A DNA stretch of 64,000 nucleotides from Mobula hypostoma (GCF_963921235.1 NC_086097.1:126854001-126918000), one strand, 5' to 3'. Counted from the first letter of the stretch, positions 48,182 to 62,062 are shown. Translations and numbers: made by a program. The notes: generated by a model from the sequence alone, not told the origin.

Positions 48182-48408
48182 AATTCCCACCACTGTCAGG
48201 AAGGAATTTGTACAATCTCCCCATGGCCACATGGGCTCAATTCCCACCACTGTCAGGAAGGAATTTGTACAATCTCCCCATGGCCACATGGGCTCAATTC
48301 CCACCACTGTCAGGAAGGAATTTGTACAATCTCCCCATGGCCACATGGGCTCAGTTCCCACCACAGTCAGTAAGGAATTTGTACATTCTTCCCATGGCCA
48401 CATGGGTT
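48182..48408 (+). repeat. 57-bp tandem repeat x4 within a SINE
   Basis: Units start at 48182, 48239, 48296 and 48353; first three identical, fourth diverged. Confidence 0.95.
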
Positions 48409-48813
48409 CTTCCGGGTGCTCTGGTTTTCTCCCACTTTCCAAAGACGCACGGCCAGGGTTAGCGAGTTTTAGGCACATGATGTTGGAGTCACAAGCATGG
48501 CAACATTTGCAGGCTGCTGATTTGATTTGACGCAAGCGATGCATTTCACTGAATGCTTTGACATGCGTGACAATTAAAGCTAATCTTTAATCTTTAAATG
48601 CTTTTGTCAACTTTGTCTCCCTACACCAAGGTACCTTTGGCTCTATTCGGGCAACATTTATCAAAAGCTGCAACAAGTTCTCCAGACCAATGGTGTTTTT
48701 TAGTTCCAGATTTTCCTGTTACTTTTGCTTTGTGCCAAACTTTCTTTCGCAGTTTTTCCGTCAAAGTGATTTAGATCAAGATGTGACTGAGCAATATCAT
48801 ACTCAACTAGACC

Positions 48814-49229
48814 AAAGCAACTTGAAATGATAAAACAGCAGCCAATCACTGAAGTAAGATTTTCATTTTGATTTAGCAAAATGCACAACACATTACTGCT
48901 TGTTCCACAGTGCAGTGGCACAGATAGTGGAGCTGCTGCCTCTGTGCTCCAGAAACCTAGATTCAACCCCAATCTCAGGAGTTGTCTATATGAAGTTCAC
49001 ATGTTCTCATTGTTCCTTTGTGGGTTTCCTCAAGATGCTTTAGTTTCCTCCTGCACCCTAAAGGTATGCAGATTGGTAAGGTAACTGGACACTATTATTG
49101 CATGTAGTTTTGTAGATGAATGTTAGAAGCTGTGGAGTGGAATCACTTCTGGGGTGGTGACAGGGTGGAGACGTTTAGAAGGAAGGTTGAGGGGATTGTC
49201 CTGTGAGTCGACAAAGAGTCAATGGACCA
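48814..49229 (+). repeat. SINE plus flank; inverted copy of 39971-40042 + 41663-42000
   Basis: Reverse-complement similarity, also visible in ORF-track peptides 41845+ and 48700- (EAAAPLSVPLHCGTSSNVLC..LLNQ.ENLTSVIG). Confidence 0.85.
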
Positions 49230-50141
49230 AAATGGCCAATTGATATGCTGTTAGGTAGTAGTAATGACAATATTTTGTCATGCACTTAGTTCTTTGTCTC
49301 TGACAATGGATGGCTAGAGGGAGCAAACTGCCTGCAGATAGAGAGATAACAGTGGGCAAGAAGGTGAAGCTATGCAGTTTGGTAGAAAGCAATGAAAAAG
49401 AGGATATATCAGTAGCTGTTGTCATGTTGAGGGATCTTCCACTGATAGCTTATGGGTTGCAAAGATTAAACATGTTGGTTCAGAGATCAGTTTGACAGGC
49501 AAATGATATTTGTGGCTTTATTGCAGAAGATTTGAAGTCTTGCTGAACAGTTGCAGGCCTTTGTTTAAGGTGTCACCATGCGAAGACTCGACTGAATGTA
49601 AAGAAAAATCTACTTGGAGACCTTATCGAGAGAGAGAGAGATTTTTGTGTATAATTACATGTGCTTATTAGCATTAGGAGAATGAGAGGTGAGAGCATTC
49701 AGATTTTCAAATTCCTGTAGCAGAAGCATTCCGAACAAAGCACTAAGCAGCATGTTCTCAGGGTGAGGGCTCTTCTATTTAGGACTGAGTTGCTGTGAAA
49801 TTTCTTTATTCATTGGAGGGCTGTGGATACTCATTTGTTGAGCGTATTCAAGACTGAGAGGGAACTAAGGGAATTAAGAGATGGGATGGCGAAACAACTT
49901 TGAACTTGAGGCACAGTCAGCCATGAACTTACTGACTGGCAGAGTTAGCTTCAGGGACTAAATGATCTGCTTTTCCTACTTCCGATCTCATTTGTGATCT
50001 TGCAGACTTATGAAGAATTGAAATTGGTCTCTTCATTTTTGTTGAACTATTGCATTTTGAATGTGATTTCCATAAACTGTTAATGTGCCTTATAATAAAA
50101 GACTAGCACAAAATGTGGGGGGTGGGGGGAGAAATCTCCAT

Positions 50142-52185
50142 GTTCAATAGTTCAATAGGTGCATTTAATATCAGAGAAATGTATACAATATACATCCTGA
50201 AATTCCTTTTCTTCAGAAGCATCCACGAAAACAGAGGAGTGCCCCAAAGAATGAATGACAGTTAAATGTTATGTAGCCTGGGGAAAAGTACACACTCAGG
50301 ACAACAAATACTTTTTCGGGTTTTAATTCCTTTATCTGTTTTAGATGTTTAAGTGCCAGAAGAGGGTCACAAAACAAAACGAATGAATTTACAACCAGTT
50401 CTTGCCGTTACAATCTCAGTTTAACTTTCGATCCACACCCTCGTGTATGGACAGAATTGCATATGCAGTATAAAAAATACCAAAACTAATACGGTACTAA
50501 TACGGTAGTAGCAATTCTGAAGGAACCCAATACAAACAACATTAGAATCCCACTCACCCTGCATCTTATACATAACAGTGAAAAATGTAAGCGAATACAT
50601 CTCATCTAAGACGTACACACGTGCTGAACTTCCAAACAGAGACTAAACATTCACGCTACGCAGTTACATGCACAATCAGTCATGATACAATAAAGTTAGA
50701 CGAAAGGTTCATTTTGGCGCAACTTTTACAAGATATTGCCTGGTAGTTAAATTACAGGAAGACTGACCTACTTGCCTGGTGAGGAACTTTGCATAAGCCA
50801 CGCTATCCAGCGTCGACGCCTTTACTTGTGAAAATCTAAAGCATCCATGTATAAAAGTAAAGGCATCCATTAGTCTTGCGAGACCATGGATCTGCGCCTG
50901 GAAAGTCTTCACTCTCCAGGGCACAGGCCTGGGCAAGGTTGTATGGAAGACTAGCAGTTGCCCATGTTGCAAGTCTTCCCTCTCCACGACACCAATGTTG
51001 TCCAAGGGAAGGGGATTAGGACCCATACTGCTTGGTACCAGTGTCGTCACAGAGCAATGTGTGATTAAGTGCCTTGCTCAAGGACACAACACGTTCCCTC
51101 AGCTGGGGCTCGAACTCACGACCTTCAGGTAGCTAGTCCAATGCCTTAAACCACTTGGCCATGTGCCCACATCCACATGTAAAACATGTCAAATTACCGA
51201 TATTCTCAATCCGCCAACAAGCATAAACGAATTCATATGGATATTGTCAATTAATGCTCACCTTTCCTCACCATGCCCAGCCTTGGGAGGAACCCGATTC
51301 CAACGCCTTACCATGTCTTCAGCAGAAAGCAAAATGGTCTTCCCACTATCCCGTGCGTGCGTAATGACATCATTGTCTCCCTTAAAGGTACAGACAACTA
51401 TTCTAGCATTACCTGGATGGCTGCCTAAGTACACTTTTAACGATACTAAATACGATCCGACGGTCACCCGGTTACAGTTAGAACCCCTAAGCCCCCCCCA
51501 ACACCCCCTCCCATGGACAAGCAGCAGCAAGGCAATGACCCCGACCCCACCCCCACCAGAAGAAAAAGCATTGGCATCCTCTACCAAGCACTCAAGCATG
51601 CAGCAAAGCATCAATAAAGACACAGACTTGCAGTACCCCAAAGACTACTCGTTCAACTGGTAATTTGACATACCACAGGCTCTCTCTTTCCTTACTAAGG
51701 GAAAAAGAGGTGTCCCCGTTTCACAGCAAGAGGGGAGACATAACAAACAGCTCACTGATTTATGATGTTAAAGGTCTGTTGCGTCACTTTTTCTGAGCTC
51801 TGCACCTGGAGAATCGGCCCCGAGGCTCAGGTCTCTGGACACACAGGCGGCAGCTAACCTGCTGCTCCCGTTGTCCCGTGTTCTTCCACGATGCCTCAAT
51901 CAGGGGCACCGGCCTTTAATCAGCCTGTCTCCAGAACCACGAAAATCCAGCACCATGAAGGCACGCTGGTCTTCTCGGCTGCGTCCTTGGGATATCAAAA
52001 AGTGGCCGGTCATGAAGCTCTGAGAGCGAGTCCCATTCCCGCAAAGAACCAATGTCAGACTCCAGGTCAAAGTCTTCAAAAGAACCTTGAAAAGGGAAAA
52101 AAAAGAGATATTAATGATAGAACTAGAGCTGTTTTCTAAAATGCAAGCAAAGGAGTTGCCGTTTAGCGCCATCTTGACTTTGCAA
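50142..52185 (-). mobile_element. Non-coding retroelement with YY1-like head and (TATTGAAC)n-like tail, hosting a SINE
   Basis: Minus-strand 5' end GTCAAGATGGCGCT; tail ttcaatagttcaatagg; no recognisable RT ORF. Boundaries approximate. Confidence 0.5.
50853..51170 (-). mobile_element. tRNA-derived SINE with CORE-like segment
   Basis: A-box TGGCCAAGTGG, B-box GAGTTCGAGCC, GTGTCCTTGAGCAAGGCACTTAA. Confidence 0.75.
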
Positions 52186-52689
52186 CGCCCTCCTTTTGGC
52201 CATAATCTACAGAAAGGTCCACACTTTCTATGATTAAGAAGTATTATATATTGTGCATTTGTTAGCAAACCTGAAGGTAATGCTCATGAACACGGATATG
52301 CCAGTGGGAATATGGGAAGAGGCTGTTAAATTAGAAATTCAGCACTGTATTCTTTCCTCAGTAGCCACCGAAAGCGTAAACCAATCTGTGGGTGAATAAC
52401 AGGGCCAGCACTTACTGGCCATCCTTGCACTGCTCCCTTGAACCTCTGCAGTCCTTCTGGGCAAAAGTGTTCTCACAGTGCAGAGTACGGTTGCAGAACT
52501 TGTGTACAATGGCAATGTAGGAAAGGCAAGCATGTCCAGGCCAAGTTGATGTGTGACTTGGAGGAAGACCTGGTGGTTTTCCCATGTGCCTGCTGCCTTT
52601 GTCCGGGTGTCAGTGAAGGTCAAGGATTTTGGACAAGCTGGGAATAGAAAGCTGAATTAACCCACTTGAATAGGAGGAGCACATTTCTA

Positions 52690-53937
52690 CAAACCCCATT
52701 TCCAGAAAAGTTGGGATATTTTCCAAAATGCAACAAAAACAAAAATCTGTGATATGTTAATTCACGTGAACCTTCATTTAACTGACAAAAGTACAAAGAA
52801 AAGATTTTCAATAGTTTTACTGACCAACTTAATTGTATTTTGTAAACATACACAAATTTAGAATTTGATGGCTGCAACACACTCAACAAAAGTTGGAACA
52901 GAGTTAAAATAAGATTGAAAAGTGCACAGAAAAGTCATGCTACTGTGACAATTATAGCCACCTGGGCTCGGGAGTACTTCGGAAAACCATTGTCACTCAA
53001 CACAGTCCGTCGCTGCATCCAGAAATGCAACTTGAAACTGTATTACACAAGGAGGAAGCCATACATCAACTCTATGCAGAAACACCGGCGAGTTCTCTGG
53101 GCCCGAGCTCATCTCAGGTGGACCGAAAGACTGTGGAACTGTGTGCTGTGGTCAGATGAGTCCATATTTCAGCTAGTTTTCAGAAAAAATGGACATTGAG
53201 TTCTCCGTGCCAAAGGTGAAAACGACCATCCAGATTGTTATCAACGAAAGGTGCAAAAGCCAGCATCTGTGATGGTATGGGGTGCATCAGTGCCCACGGC
53301 ATGGGTGAGTTGCATGTATGTGAAGGTACCATTGACTCTGAAGTGTATATTAGGATTTTAGAGAGACATATGTTGCCATCAAGGCGACGTCTCTTCCCAG
53401 GACGTCCATGCTTATTTCAGCAGGACAATGCCAGATCACATTCTGCACGGGCTACAACAGTGTGGCTTTGTAGACACAGAGCGTGTGTGCTTGACTGGCC
53501 TGCTGCCAGTCCAGATCTATCTCCTATTGAAAATGTATGGCGCATCATGAAAAGGAGAAACAGACAACGGAGACCACGGACTGTTGAGCAGCTGAAGTCT
53601 TATATCAAGCAAGAATGGACAAAATTTCCAATTGCAAATTTACCACAATTAGTATCCTCAGTTCCAAAACGATTAAAAAGTGTTATTAAAAGGAAAGGTG
53701 ATGTAATACAATGGTAAACATGCCTCTGTCCCAACTTTTGTTGAGTGTGTTGCAGCCATCAAATTCTAAATTCGTGTATGTTTACAAAATACAATTAAGT
53801 TGGTCAGTAAAACTATTGAAAATCTTTTCTTTGTACTTTTGTCAGTTAAATGAAGGTTCACGTGAATTAACATATCACAGATTTTTGTTTTTATTGCATT
53901 TTGGAAAATATCCCAACTTTTCTGGCAATGGGGTTTG
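52690..53937 (+). mobile_element. Tc1 DD34E transposon, IR/DR type, N-terminally deleted and inactivated
   Basis: 214-bp TIRs (52690-52903, 53724-53937), TA TSDs, WSDES...FQQDNA...SPDLSPIE with 34-aa D-E spacing; stop at 53197 and frameshift near 53275. Confidence 0.96.
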
Positions 53938-54349
53938 TATATAACCTGACAACAAAGAAGGCAATTAGTTCAATTCATCATGTTCATATTACTCACAAAG
54001 GGATCCCACTCCCCAATAACTTTCCCTGTATTCTCTCCACTTTCCCATCAACTCCCCATCAGGTTCCTTCACCCTCCTGGACACGAAGGACAACTTACAA
54101 TAGCCAGTTAACTTCCCAATTGGCATGCCTTTGGGACATGGGAGGAACCTGGTGCACCTGGAAGGAAACTACATGGTCGCAGGGAGGATATCCAAATTCA
54201 ACACAGCACCAGAGGTTAGGATTGAACTTGGGACATTGAAGGTGTGAGATAGCAGCTCAGCCAAATACATCATTGTCTTGCCCTGTTAATGGGATGGTTG
54301 ATTGCCCTCTACAGCCATTCACGTGTTTACTTGCCATCTTTGAGGTTTG

Positions 54350-56050
54350 TACCCTGGATCATTTGGACAGCAAAGATGCATATATCAGGGTGCTCTTTAT
54401 CAACTACAGCTCAACATTCAATAAGCTTCAAGACCTTGGCCCCGATACCTCATTGTACAATTAGATTCTTGATTTCCTCACTTGTAGACCCCAGTCAGTT
54501 CAGATTGGTAACAGCATCCCCTCCACAATCTTCATCGGCACAAGTGCACCACAAGGCTCTGTGCTTATCCCCTACGCTGCTCGCTTTACACTTGTGATTT
54601 GGTTCACTGATGACATCACCGTTGTTGGCTGAATCAGAGGTGGTGATGAATCAGCATATAGGAGGGAGATTGAAAATTTGGCTGAGTGGTGTCACAAAAA
54701 CAACCTCTCAATCAATGTCAGCAAGATCAAGGAGCTGATTGTTGACTTAAGGTGGATGAGACTGGAAGTTCGTGAACCAGTCTTCATCGGGGGATCAGAG
54801 GGCAGCAACCTGACATTCCTCGGTGTTATCATCTCAGAGGATCTGTTCTACTTCCTTAGGAGTTTGCGAGGATTCAGCATGACATTGAAAACCTTGACAA
54901 TCTTCTATAGATTGTGGTGGAGAGTATATTGACTGGCTGCATCATGGCCTGGTACAGAAACACCAATGTCCTTGAACAGAAAATCTTACAAAATGTGATG
55001 AATATGGCCCAGTCCATTACTGATAAAGCCTTCACTGCATCTACATGGAGTGCTGTTGCAGGAAAGCAGTGTCTTTGACTACAAGTACCTCAGGTCAAGA
55101 ATGATGAGTTTGAAGAAGGACATAAAGATACGGAAGGTGCTGGTGTGGAGGGCTATGAATGACATGAAGGAAATTTGTAAGTCGAACCTGACCAGAGGGC
55201 TTAAAAAGAGGATTTTCATAGCAGTCATAGAGTCCATCCTCACGTACGGATGTGAGACGTGGACACTCACCAAGACAATGCGAAAGTCTGTAGATGTTTG
55301 CTATACACGAATGCTCCGGATGGCTCTTGATGTGAGTTGGCAACAGCACATGACGAACATCGAGCTCTATAACAACCTACCGATGCTCTCCACTAAAATT
55401 GAGGCGAGAAGACTGCAACTAGCGGGTCACTGTCTACGCCACCCCGAGCTACCTGCCAGCCTAGTCATCATATGGGAGCCCAAGCATGGGAGGATGAACC
55501 CTGGGCGCCCTCCCAAGACTATGGTCAACACGCTCCTAGAAGACAGCGGTGTGGCCAATGTAGATGAACTGAACACACTGATGAGGGAGAAGTGGAGAGT
55601 CTGTCATCATGCCCGATGCCGGCCCCCTAAGCCTGAGTCAACGTAGTAGTCGTAGTATCCATCATCAAGGACCCCCACCACCCAGGCCCTCCTGTTCTCT
55701 TCTCACTGTTGCCATGAGGAAGAAGGTACAGGAGCCTCAGGACCCACACAGTCAGGTTCAGGAACAGTTATTACCCCTCAGCCATCAGGCTCTAGATCCA
55801 GAGGGGATAACTTCACTCCCCACATCCTATGGATTCACTTTCAATGACTCTTCATCTCATGTTCTCAATATTTATTTGCTTATTTATTTATTTAATTTTC
55901 TTTTCTTTTGCACGTTAGTTGGTTCTCCGCCCTGTTGGGTATGGTCTTTCATTGATTCTATTATGTTTCTTGGATTTCCTGAGTATGCCTGCAAGAAAAT
56001 GAATCTCAGGGTTGTATATGGTGACATATACATACTTTGATAATCAAATT
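54350..56050 (+). mobile_element. Degenerate Rex1/L2-like LINE RT fragment with a nested RTE-like fragment
   Basis: HLDSKDAYIRVLFINYSSTFN; WCHKNNLSINVSKIKELIVD; LFYFLRSLR. Confidence 0.75.
55075..55657 (+). mobile_element. RTE-clade LINE 3' fragment
   Basis: YKYL...ESILTYGCETWTLT...CYTRMLRMALDVSW...RRLQLAGHCLRH...GRP; (GTA)n tail. Confidence 0.85.
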
Positions 56051-56986
56051 ATTTTGTACTTTGTCCTGTTATGAACCCTGTAACTGGGTTGCCAAACCAG
56101 CAGAAATGGAGCGCTCATTGGAGTCTGTGATTACTGGGAACTAATAAAGTTTTATTAAAGAAATAAGGAATACAGTACACTAATCGCAAGGATATAAATG
56201 TAACAGGTTAGCAATGATAATACACACATGTACACCAGAAATAGGGTAATAGGAATCAACCAAGCTCTATCGCAGTCTAGGTGTAAAATAATCAGTCTTA
56301 AGTGAAGCAGAGTTCAGTTCAGTTTAGTGCAGTTTGAAGTAATTGCTGTTGTTGTACCGTTGGGGAGAGAGAGAGATGCAGTTGGTTTCGGGCAGACCTT
56401 TTGACGTCTTCTGATCCCGCTGTGGTCACCGACTGTGACCCCTCTGTTCCGGATAAGATCATTCTTCCGCGGTGAACCAGGCACCCAGGCAAGGGCGGAC
56501 ACACACCCCAGGTTCCCACCGATCGTACCTTTATACCCTGTGAGCCTCTGACTGATTTCCGCGAACCGATCCTCCAAACTCCCACCAACTTGTGGGGGCA
56601 CACTGCTCTTTCCAGGGTCTCGTGGCATGTCTCATGCCTTAGCAAACCTGCTCTTTTTATCCCCCTGCTGGGGTATCACCTGTCCATCAAACTTCAAACA
56701 GTTCAGGTTCAAAGCAACCGGTCTGTCAATATCTGAATTGTGTTTCTTTCTCGTTAATCTCTCTCTTCTCTCTTATTAGCATTTTGAATGTTTCTCCATT
56801 GTCTTCCGTTATCTCTCTCATTAGCATCATCCGTCCGGTAGCTCTGCTTGGCGACACACATGACACCCCCACCCTTAAAAGGATTTTTACTGGGGTAAAA
56901 ATTATGGGCATGAATGCATATTATAAGATACACACTAATATACAGGTAGTCATCAGCTATTCGGCTAATACAGAGAACTTTAAGTT

Positions 56987-59900
56987 TTAACACCTTGACA
57001 GACAATCAGCAATCACACTGTCAGTTCCTTTTATATGTTTTATCTTAATATCAAATTCCTGTAATACCAGGCTCCAACTTAATAAGCATTTGTTTTTATC
57101 CTTCATTGTGGCCAAAAACACTAATGGATTGTGATCAGTGTAAATTATCAGTGGTTTCCGTGCCGGACAAATATAAACCTCAAAATGTTGTAATGCCAGT
57201 ATGATTGCCAGTAATTCCTTCTCCACAGTGGAATAATTTCTCTATTGGACATTAAACTTCTTAGAAAAATAAGCCACTGGGTGTTCAATTTCCTCTTTGT
57301 CTGTCTGCAACAGCACCGCCCCTGCCACTTCATCGCTAGCATCTGTTGCTAGGGAGAAGGGTTTTGAAAAGTCAGGCGCACTCAGTACAGGTTGGTGACA
57401 CAGAATCGCCTTCAGACTCTCGAAGGCTTGTTGACAAAGGTCATTCCACACAAACTTCGCATTCTTTGGCAAAGAACTTAGTAAGAGGGAGGGTAATATC
57501 CGCAAAGTTTTTGCAAAACTTCCGATAGTACCCCACCATCCCCAAGACCCTTCCCAGGGCTCTCTTGTCCGTCGGGATGGGAACTTCAGAGATAGCCTGC
57601 ACCTTAGCCTGCATCGGTGCCAGCTGCCCCTGTCCTACCACATACCCCAGATAAGTGACCTTAGCGTGGCTGAACTCACTTTTCGCGAGGTTCGCTGCAA
57701 GGTTGGCTTCAGACAGCCGTTTAAACAGTTCCTGTACTGCCACAATGTGCTCCTCCCACGTGTCACTCCAGACCACTAAATCGTCAATATACGCTTCTGC
57801 ATTCTTTAACCTTTTTCTCGCTGAATTAATCATCCTTTGGAAGGTCCCTGGGGTGTTTTTCATGCCAAAACGTAAAACATTATACTCGTATAACCCGGAT
57901 GGAGTGACAAATGCTGAGATTTCTCTAGCCCGGTCGGTTAAAGGAACACACCAGTACCCTTTCAGCAAATCAATCTTCGTGATGTACTTAGCTCTCCCCA
58001 CTTTATTGATACAATCGTCTACCCTTGGGATGGGGTAAGCATCAGTTTTTGTGATGGCGTTCACTCTTCTGTAATCTGTACAGAATCGTATGCTCCCATC
58101 GGGTTTTGGGACAACCACACAGGGAGAAGCCCATTCCGATTTGGATGGCCTAATAATAACTGTGGCTAGCATGTGTTCAATTTCTTTCTCCACTAGCTTG
58201 CCCTTCTCCAAGTTCATCCTATAGGGGTGTTGCTTAATAGGCTGATCTGATGTGACAACAACATCATGTACTGTCCCCTTGCATCGCCTCGAGGCATCGG
58301 GACATACATCTGCATGCCGGTTAATTAGCTTTATCAGCGGCTCACTCTGTTCAGGGGTTAAGTGAGAGACCTTATCAGCAAAGTTGGCCAAAACAATAGA
58401 GTTCTCCAATCTGGTCGGCACCATATTTATCTTTTCAAGATGGGTTTTCCCCTTATCATTTGCCACCCCAGCTTCATTAATTTTTGTGATAACACTGACT
58501 AGATCTGCTTTCTGATCGTGGTAAGCTTTTAACATATTAATATGTACTAATTGGGTCGGCTTACATCTGTCCGGCATTTCAATAACATAATTCAAAGAGT
58601 CTATCTTTTTAATCACTTTGTACGGACCGTGGAATCTCACCTGGAGGGGGTTGGTTACCACTGGAAACAGAACTAAGACCCTATCGCCCACTTGAAACAC
58701 TTGTTCGCGGGCACGTCTATCATACCACTGTTCCATTTTAGTTTGGGAGTGTCGTAGGTTTTCTTTGGAAAGGTCACAGATCCTTTTAAGCCTCTCACGA
58801 AATTTTAAAACATTATCAATCACATTAACTTGTACTGTCAGACTGGATCATTGCTCTTTCAGTAAGGTCAGAGGTCCTCTGGGCCGATGACCGAAGACGA
58901 GCTCGATGGGCTGAACCCCAATGACTCCTGAACCGTGTCCCTTACGGCAAATAACAGGAGAGGCAAGGCATCATCCCAGTCCCTAGCGTTCTCTTGACAA
59001 TAAATTTTAATCATGGTCTTTAATGTTGCGTGGAATCTTTCCAACGCCCCTTGGGACTCCGGGTGGTACGCGGAGGCCAAAATCTGCTTTGGTCCCATCT
59101 CATCCAACATCTGTCGGAATGTGTGAAATGTGAAGACACTCCCCTGATCTGACTCGATTTCCCTTGGCAGCCCCACCGTAGTGAAAAATTTCACAAGTGC
59201 CTTTACCACTGCGGGAGCCTTGACACTTGCCAGGGGCACAGCCTCCGGAAACCTGGTGGCAGCACACATCATAGTCATCACATACTCTTGCCCACTCGCA
59301 GTTCTGGGCAGGGGACTGACAAAATCCACAATTATTCGGGAAAAAGGTTCCCTGAAAGCAGGTAACGGTTGAAGGGGTGCTTTAGGCAGGACCTGGTTCG
59401 GCTTACCTACCACCTGACAGGAATGACACCATCTACAATATTCAATAATATCCTTCCTCATATTCGGCCAGTAAAACTCTTTTATAATTCTATCGACTGT
59501 TTTCCTCACCCCAAAATGTCCACCGAGGGGTATCTTGTGGGCCAGGTTAAAATCTCGTGCCTATAAATTTTTGGCACTACCACCTGGTGTACCACCCCCC
59601 ACTCCTCATCTGCGGGCATGGTACTTGGTCTCCATTTCCTCATCAGTACTCCCTCCTTCACATAATAGCCCACTGGCTCCCTTTTTATTTCTGCTTCAGA
59701 GAGAGCTGTCTCCGTCAAAATCATCAGCTCCTTGTCTCGTTCCTGTGCCTGTATAAATTTCTCCCTCGCTAATGATAAATCTACCTCAACTCCCTCACTT
59801 CCTTCCGCTCCACTATGCTCCTTCTTTTCACTTTCTAACGCCTCCTGGTACAAGGCTGGTAAAAACGTCTCAGCTAAATCCACATTCGCTTCGGCAGCCT

Positions 59901-61532
59901 TTCTCGACATGCGTCGAGTTACTGTGCAAGCAGGATAAACCTGTGAATCCATGGGCAGGTCCTCAGTCCTGGCAGGCTTGCTCATCAGCTTTACTGCTGG
60001 GTACACATCTCCACCTGCAAGGTCGTTACCGAGTAAGACCTCCATGTCTTCCATCGGTAATTCGGACCTCACCCCTATCATGACCGGTCCGGAGACCAAG
60101 TCACTTTTCAGGTATATCTGGTGCAAAGGTACTGCTTCAGTCCCCTTCCCAATGCCTTTTATCGCACTGACCTCCCCAATCTCGGTCTCTTCACTGAATT
60201 CTTACACCCTCCTTAAGATCAATGATTGACAAGCCCCAGTGTCTCTCTAGATCCGTACTGGAGCTGGGGTTGACCCCTCCTTCACCGACACCAATCTGGC
60301 TGAAGTAAACTTCTCGCGCCCTTCCTGAACTCTATCAGACCTCTTCTTCCCTAGCGGTTTGTTTGCCAGCTCAATACAGCCAGTCGGAGTTGTCGTTTTT
60401 CCTTTCCCCGTCTCCTTCTTTGGGGCAAAACACCTGGACGCAAAGTGATCGGCTTTCCCACAATTATAGCATACGAAACCAGGAGACTTCCTACCAAACT
60501 GCTTCCCATCTTCCTTATCCTTCTCACTAGTCCCCGGCTTACTTTCTGGCTTTTCTGGCGGACTTTCTCCGCCCTCTCGACTACCCTTCTGGTAGCTCTT
60601 ACTCGGGGTAAACTTTGCTTTGTGTGTTAATGCGTACTCATCTGCTAACTTAGCAGTTGCGGCTAAGGTTTCTGCCTCTTTCTCATCTAGATAGGGCCTG
60701 ATACCTTCAGGGACACAACCTTTAAATTGCTCAATCAGTATTAGCTGTAGCAGTCTATCATAATTCCCAGTGACCCCTTTTGAGGCGCATCAATGCTCAC
60801 AATACATCTGCATCTCACGGGCAAACTCTAAATATGTGTGTCCCCACTGCTTCCTCACGTTCTGGAACCTTTACCGGTATGCCTCCGGGACCAACTCATA
60901 CTGAGTATAGCCTCTTTCACCACATCATACCTCTGGGCATCTTCTGCTGACAATGCTGAGTGAGCTTGTTGAGCCTTCCCCTTAAGTACGCTCTGAAGCA
61001 AAACAGCCCACTTATCCCTCGGCCAGTCCTGACTTGCAGTGACTTTTTTAAAATGTAGAAAGTACCAATCAACATCGGCCTCCTCAAATGGGGGAACCAA
61101 CCTAACCTCCTGGGTTGCCCTGAACCTTCCACCTTGGTTCGGCATTTGGTCCCTCTCTAGCACCATCCTTAACTTCTCCAGCTCAAACTCCCTTTCCTTC
61201 TGCTTCTCTCTCTTTTCCCGTTCTAGCTGCCTTTCTCTCTCTTCTCGTTCTAACTGCTTTACTTGGAACTCGTGCTCAAGTCTCAATTTTTCCATCTGCA
61301 GCTGCACTGCCTCTCCACCAGGTTTGCTCATAGACACCACCTCCAGCTCCCCGTGGGGAAACACACCTTTAGATACATAATGCTCAACGATAGCTCTGTG
61401 CATCTCCACTCTCCTCATTGTCGGCTTCCCCTTAAAAAAATTCAACCGTTTTGCAACAGTTGCCAATTCTGATTTCTTGGCATCCTCTAATGCCTCCAAG
61501 GTTGGCGCCTTTAGAAATTCCTCAATCTCCAT
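56987..61532 (-). pseudogene. gag-pol of Gmr1-type element
   Basis: VPPFEEADVDWYF...LKGKAQ...PEAYR...LIEQFK (SCAN-like); CYNCGKADHFASRC; RDTGA; IIVDFVSPLP...SDQGS...ALERFH; FCTDYRRVN; YIDD; TDAS; TDHNPL...ADCLSR. Multiple stops and frameshifts. Confidence 0.92.
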
Positions 61533-61604
61533 TTCTGCTGTTTGCCCAATTTTTTTCTTTCGGGAATTTTAACTCAATCAATTTACCCAGTCCCAATTTT
61601 GGCA

Positions 61605-61629
61605 TTCAAAATCCCGGACGAGATCCCCA
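61605..61629 (-). promoter_or_regulatory. Primer binding site, tRNA-Pro-like
   Basis: Plus strand TTCAAAATCCCGGACGAGATCCCCA resembles the tRNA-Pro 3' end TTCAAATCCCGGACGAGCCCCCA. Confidence 0.8.
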
Positions 61630-61926
61630 CTTATGTTACGTACCCCGTAACTGGGTTGCCAAACCAGCAGAAATGGAACGCTCATTGGAGTCTGTGATTA
61701 CTAGGAACTAATAAAGTTTTATTAAAGAAATAACTAATACAGTAAACTAACCGCAAGGATATAAATGTAACAGGTTAGCAATGATAATACACACATGTAC
61801 ACAGAAATAGGGTAATAGGAATCAACCAAGCTCTATCGCAGTTTAGGGGTAAAATGATCAGTCTTAGGTGAAGCAGAGTGCAGTTCAGTTTAGTGCAGTT
61901 CGAAGTAATCGCTGTTGTTGTACCGT

Positions 61927-62062
<136 letters not shown>

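Noticed and set aside
48182..48408. Regular repeats resembling a CRISPR array or a repeat-protein ORF
   Set aside because: Head-to-tail 57-bp units with no unique spacers, SINE-derived, eukaryotic context
52620..53944. Duplicated peptide LSVLQPSNSKFV... on opposite strands
   Set aside because: Translation of the Tc1 terminal inverted repeats
60855..61532. Host SCAN zinc-finger gene
   Set aside because: It is the Gag of the Gmr1-type element, lying between LTRs, with no C2H2 array
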